Part shown: piece after piece, positions 21,331-24,649 of the stretch
How positions within the stretch are numbered: the stretch's first letter is position 1
Layout: every line of letters starts with the position of its first letter
Assembly (NCBI GenBank): GCA_963807635.1
Contig: CAWEDJ010000012.1
Span: forward strand, 1 to 24,649
Reading direction: 5' to 3'
Origin: an uncultured cyanobacterium
GTDB taxonomy: Bacteria > Cyanobacteriota > Cyanobacteriia > Cyanobacteriales > Microcystaceae
Length of the DNA: 24,649 bases
Notes under the pieces: model-generated
Databases searched by the model: none
Told to the model about the DNA's origin: nothing
Seen by the model: only the letters and a program-made list of their open reading frames with translations
Program-made: the position numbers and the translations under genes

Positions 21331-21412
21331 AAAAAAGTGAGCGCAGGTCAGGTAGTGAAAGCAATGATTATCAACTGTATGGGATTTTTGACGGCTCCCT
21401 TGTACTTATTTA
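21331..21412 (+). pseudogene. Internal fragment of an IS1634-family transposase
   Basis: Reads KKVSAGQVVKAMIINCMGFLTAPLYLF, matching the recalled IS1634/DUF4277 N-terminal motif S.GQ.VKAMI.N.LGF...PLYL. Confidence 0.75.
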
Positions 21413-23061
21413 GGGCTTGCTGAAAAAGTCAAAAAACAGGGAGAGGGCATTAATTTATGAATCTAAGGAGAGTAAAACATAAGTATTGAATATTTTATCA
21501 ACACAAAACATAAGCTGAATTAATAAAAAGACGGAGAAATAATCTCTTCTTCCGAAAAAGACAAAAAAAACGTAAAACCTGCCGAAGCAGGGCAAAAAGA
21601 TTGATGACTAAAAAGGTGATAGCAATAGCGGTTTCAGAGGTATCAGGAAGTTTTGTCATAACTCGATTGAGGCTAAATCGTCTCTTTGCTTGACCAAATT
21701 TGCCTTCAATAGCATTACGGTCTCTTTCATCTTGAAGAGCTTCTTTCTTTTTTTCTGGACTAATATTTGTGGGTCGTCTTCCCAAGGGTGGGCCACTCAA
21801 TCGAATTCCCTTCTCCTTACAAAAAGCGCGACTTTCCCTTGTGCGATAGATTGCATCAGCATGAACAGACTGGGGATAGTAGCCTGTCTCACGTTTAAAC
21901 TCTTCTATTTGTCCTTTGAAGTCGCCTGATTCATTATAATTATCCCAACTTAATCGGTATAAATAAAGATATCCATTCACATAACTTGCTGATAGTTTTG
22001 CACCAAACTCTACTGGCGTTCCCGCTTTTCCTCTAACAATGGGACGAACATGAGGTTGAGTCAAACTCACAATTCTATTTTCTACCTTATTTTCTTTATT
22101 TTCATACATTTCTACTTGTTGCTCATAGGCTTTTTCTATTATCGACAGTATCTTTTCGTCTTTTTTACTTAATTTCGCGACCTCTTTATCTTCTCTTAAT
22201 TTTTCTATATGGGAAAGGTTTCTTTTGATATATTGGATTTGTTTTTTTATGCCCTTTCTCCTTTCTTTTCTCGACGGACGGCGTTTTTTTGACAATTTTA
22301 AGTAATCTTTTCTGGCTCTTATTCTATAGGTTCTTGGTTTTTTTCCTTTTTTTTAGTTTTTTTATACAAGTTGTCTATTATTTTTTCGGTTTTTTCTCTT
22401 GCTTCATTCAAGATTCCTATATCTGTTGGATATTTGATGTCTGCTGGTGCACAGGTTGCATCTATTAATAGCTTTCCTCTATTCTGATTTTCCCCTTCAC
22501 TTTTTTCTTTTACTTCTGATGATATTTCTTCTTCTTTTTTTACCATTGCTTTATTTATTTGATTCACCAAGTCCATTCCTATTCTTTGACGGAAATGTAC
22601 TAACAGTGACGCATCAAATGCCTCCTCATTTTCATATACTTCTAGTCCTATAAAATATTGTAAGTAAGGGTTTTCTTTTATTTGTTCTACTGTTTCTCTG
22701 TCACTTATTCTCAATATTTCTTTTATTATTAATGACCCTAATGCCATCCTAAATGGTTTGGCTATCGCTCCTTTATTTTCTGAAAATTGTTTTGCATATT
22801 CTTCTTCAAATTCCTCCCACGGAATGATTTTTGACATGATTACCCAACGATTTTCTTCTTTTGGCTTCCACTCACTTGGTATTTTGAAGTTTTCAACAGT
22901 CGATTTTTCGGATTCTTTTTTGGGGTACATCGTTCAATGCTCTGGAAGGGGAGGGGTGCAAGCCTTTTCACTCATTTTAGACCTTTTTTTTGCACTTTTT
23001 TTGCTCTCTAAATCCCCTCATCTCTTTTCTTATAAGGCTTTCAGCTTTTTTCAGCAAGCTC
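21413..23061 (-). mobile_element. IS5-family insertion sequence, copy 2 (1649 bp)
   Basis: Same IRs as copy 1 and about 99% identical to it, except for the ~100 bp at the transposase 3' end. Confidence 0.92.
21498..22930 (-). CDS. IS5-family transposase, copy 2, split by a 1-bp deletion in a homopolymer
   Basis: ORFs 22319-22930 and 21498-22295. T8 at 22347-22354 corresponds to T9 at 20253-20261 in copy 1. Confidence 0.9.
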
Positions 23062-23408
23062 TAATTAACATTGAAGTTAAATCTGTGAAAGATATTTGAG
23101 GTTTGTCAGGATATTTTAATCGCAACATTTGAGTTTGGGCAAAGCGAAATTCATCTATTTGGATTAGTTTAAATTGCTCTGTAAAAAATGCTTCAGATAG
23201 TTGAAGCATTGCTTGTTTGGCTTGGAATGAGTTGAGTCGTTTAAAAAATAATGTAAATGTTTCATCTAGAACGAATGTGCTGGTATAGGATGGGGGTTCT
23301 TTCCGCAATTAAGGTTTGATAAAGATTCGCAACTTCTTTATGCCTGCGTTCTCCCGAATCATTTAGGGTAAGCCAGCCCCAGGTATCGATGAATATAGCG
23401 TTAATCAT
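23062..23408 (-). pseudogene. vapC: 5' part of a PIN-domain (VapC) toxin interrupted by the composite transposon; also one frameshift at ~23290
   Basis: Reads MINAIFIDTWGWLTLNDSGERRH...YTSTFVLDETFTL...ISFTDLTSMLI, with PIN acidic motifs IDT, VLDE and SFTD. The reconstituted protein is ~145 aa. Confidence 0.9.
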
Positions 23409-23612
23409 AGAGATCTTGGTCAATTTGTTGGCAAGAACACCGTAATTGCTTGCTCCAATAAAGTTTGTTAGGGGATCGTATGGGGCAGAAGTTGGGTTAG
23501 AGTTCCTTTTCGGTTGCAATGTTTGGATAAATTGCAAAACTATCTGGATCTGCTGTTGGCTGAGTTCGCCGATCGCGTCTAGGATTTGTTGGTTTTGGTT
23601 TGTGGAATACAT
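23401..23612 (-). CDS. Putative antitoxin of the VapC toxin (~70 aa); one apparent frameshift near the 3' end
   Basis: Small ORF directly upstream of vapC. Adding one A at ~23424 gives the ending DPLTNFIGASNYGVLANKIDQDLYD*, with its stop overlapping the vapC start codons. Confidence 0.75.
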
Positions 23613-23732
23613 GGTAAGTCAATATATTTATTTTTTTTCAGTGTAGCAAATTTTGAATACAGTGCGATCGCCTAAATTCTTAAGGTCTAAATGCGATCGC
23701 TGTTATCAATCTACTCATTTCCTAAGATGGAA

Positions 23733-23966
23733 TCATTCTCTATAAACTGCTATAAACTGTTCGATCGCTTTTAGCATTCCCTCTGAATATGGCTCTAAGA
23801 TGGTGGTACAAACGTGAAGTTCGGCTAGGGCGTTACAGAATTCATCAGAGTTTGGATTGGCTATTTCGAGAATATTAATCGCTTCAATGGCGTGTTTTAA
23901 TTGAGGTTGATATTCTGCCATGTGACGCTTGAGGCGATCGCTGGGTTGTTTATAGATAGTATTCAT
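23733..23966 (-). CDS. Small helical hypothetical protein (77 aa) inside the TA cluster
   Basis: Clean ATG ORF co-oriented with the TA genes, with amphipathic helical composition. Function not recognised. Confidence 0.6.
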   Translation of the reverse strand: MNTIYKQPSDRLKRHMAEYQPQLKHAIEAINILEIANPNSDEFCNALAELHVCTTILEPYSEGMLKAIEQFIAVYRE

Positions 23967-24015
23967 CTTTTGAGTCTCTTTTGTAATTTTGCGATTGGGT
24001 TATGTGCGAATCTTT

Positions 24016-24341
24016 CTACACTTTACCAATAGCATCTTGGATCTCGTCTAGGCTTACGTCTGCTTGATTTGATTTTGCATAAATGAGTAGAAGTAATACT
24101 AATTCGGGTGAGACAATTTGATAAATGACTCTATAGCCTCCACTCTTGCCTGTTGGGATATCACTATTTTTTACTCGTACTTTAAAAATGGTGAAGTTTC
24201 TATCAACAATTTAATCGCCAATAAAGTTTCCAAGTTGTAATTCTTCGATAATGGGCTGTATGTCGTTTTGAATCTTGCGATACGTTTGGTTAGTCCTTTT
24301 AAACGACGAATGAATGGTAGGGTAAAACGAACTTCGGTCAT
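24016..24341 (-). pseudogene. RelE/ParE(HigB)-superfamily toxin with one frameshift (~24281) and an in-frame TAA (24211-24213)
   Basis: Reconstructed as MTEVRFTLPFIRRLKGLTKRYRKIQNDIQPIIEELQLGNFIGD*IVDRNFTIFKVRVKNSDIPTGKSGGYRVIYQIVSPELVLLLLIYAKSNQADVSLDEIQDAIGKV*. The GKSGG.RVIY and IYAKS..D motifs are characteristic. Confidence 0.85.
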
Positions 24342-24342
24342 A

Positions 24343-24599
24343 TTAACTAAAAGCCTCTTCCCAAAGTGAGATATGGGGAATGTTTGCCCTGCGATTCCGT
24401 GTTGAATTGATTCTTGCAGTTCGGCTAATATTTGCTCTTTGGGTTCTAATTCGTCAATGGAAGATAAACCACTAAGGCTATCAATGTTTATGGAGTTAAT
24501 GATTTGTTGCCACAATTCAATGGGGACAATGACATCAATTGTTTTGCCTTCGGTGTTGGTAACGTAACGAATACGGTTATCTGTTGGGGTAATTGCCAT
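24343..24599 (-). CDS. Putative antitoxin of the RelE-like toxin (~85 aa); one apparent frameshift near the 3' end
   Basis: N-terminal YVTNTEGKTIDVIVPIELW. With one added base the C-terminus reads EQILAELQESIQHGIAGQTFPIS.LWEEAFS*, and the stop lies 1 nt before the toxin ATG. Confidence 0.75.
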
Positions 24600-24649
24600 A
24601 ATCCTAAACCTCTTGTGGTGGTTATATTTTATATTGCTTATTACGAAAT

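Larger units (their letters stand above)
19319..23061 (-). mobile_element. Composite transposon: two directly oriented IS5-family copies around a 444-bp passenger, with a TAATTA target duplication
   Basis: TAATTA occurs at 19313-19318 and 23062-23067. The inner flanks differ (TAAGTA 20969-20974, TATTTA 21407-21412). Removing the whole unit rejoins the two vapC halves in frame. Confidence 0.85.
3833..23941. repeat. HIP1 octamer GCGATCGC, about 28 copies
   Basis: Examples at 3833, 7501, 7593, 10952, 12793, 14363, 14390, 19083, 19145, 23664, 23693 and 23934. None was seen inside the IS5 composite. Confidence 0.9.

Noticed and set aside
19347..21543. Diversity-generating retroelement template/variable repeat pair
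   Set aside because: No reverse transcriptase is present in the window, and the differences are not restricted to adenines of one copy.
22347..22354. Programmed frameshift in the IS5 copy 2 transposase
   Set aside because: Copy 1 is a single uninterrupted ORF with T9 at the same place, so a homopolymer error or simple slippage mutation is more likely.
23262..23612. Apparent antitoxin-VapC fusion ORF (116 aa)
   Set aside because: One added A in a homopolymer gives a normal antitoxin end (IDQDLYD*) overlapping the vapC start. The fusion is most likely an indel artefact.
24171..24599. Apparent antitoxin-RelE fusion ORF (142 aa)
   Set aside because: A single missing base near 24365 explains the read-through, and the tail after TKR is out-of-frame toxin sequence.

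Overview
This is a cyanobacterial chromosomal window, with about 28 HIP1 GCGATCGC octamers and an FtsH closely resembling Synechocystis FtsH3, so probably a unicellular or colonial Chroococcales/Synechocystis-like lineage. The backbone genes are a 5' part of a wzc/GumC-type EPS gene running off the left edge, a hypothetical membrane-anchored protein, ftsH, moeA, an aldehyde dehydrogenase, a NarL-type response regulator, DUF3067, a NitT/TauT-type ABC ATPase plus double permease with no binding protein, a ~1280-aa NACHT-HEAT (NLR-like) protein and moaE. There are two accessory islands. The first (4.2-6.9 kb) holds a cold-shock-domain membrane protein bracketed by a diverged duplicated leader, a DUF2442-like/HTH gene and a PIN-plus-C-terminal-domain pseudogene. 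The second (19.2-24.6 kb) is a toxin-antitoxin cluster whose vapC toxin is split by a 3.7-kb composite transposon: two IS5-family copies carrying fragments of two other IS types, bounded by a 6-bp TAATTA duplication. About 16 single-base frameshifts, including one in ftsH, look like uncorrected long-read errors. Three point nonsense codons occur only in TA-like genes and may be real decay. No rRNA, tRNA or CRISPR array was seen.
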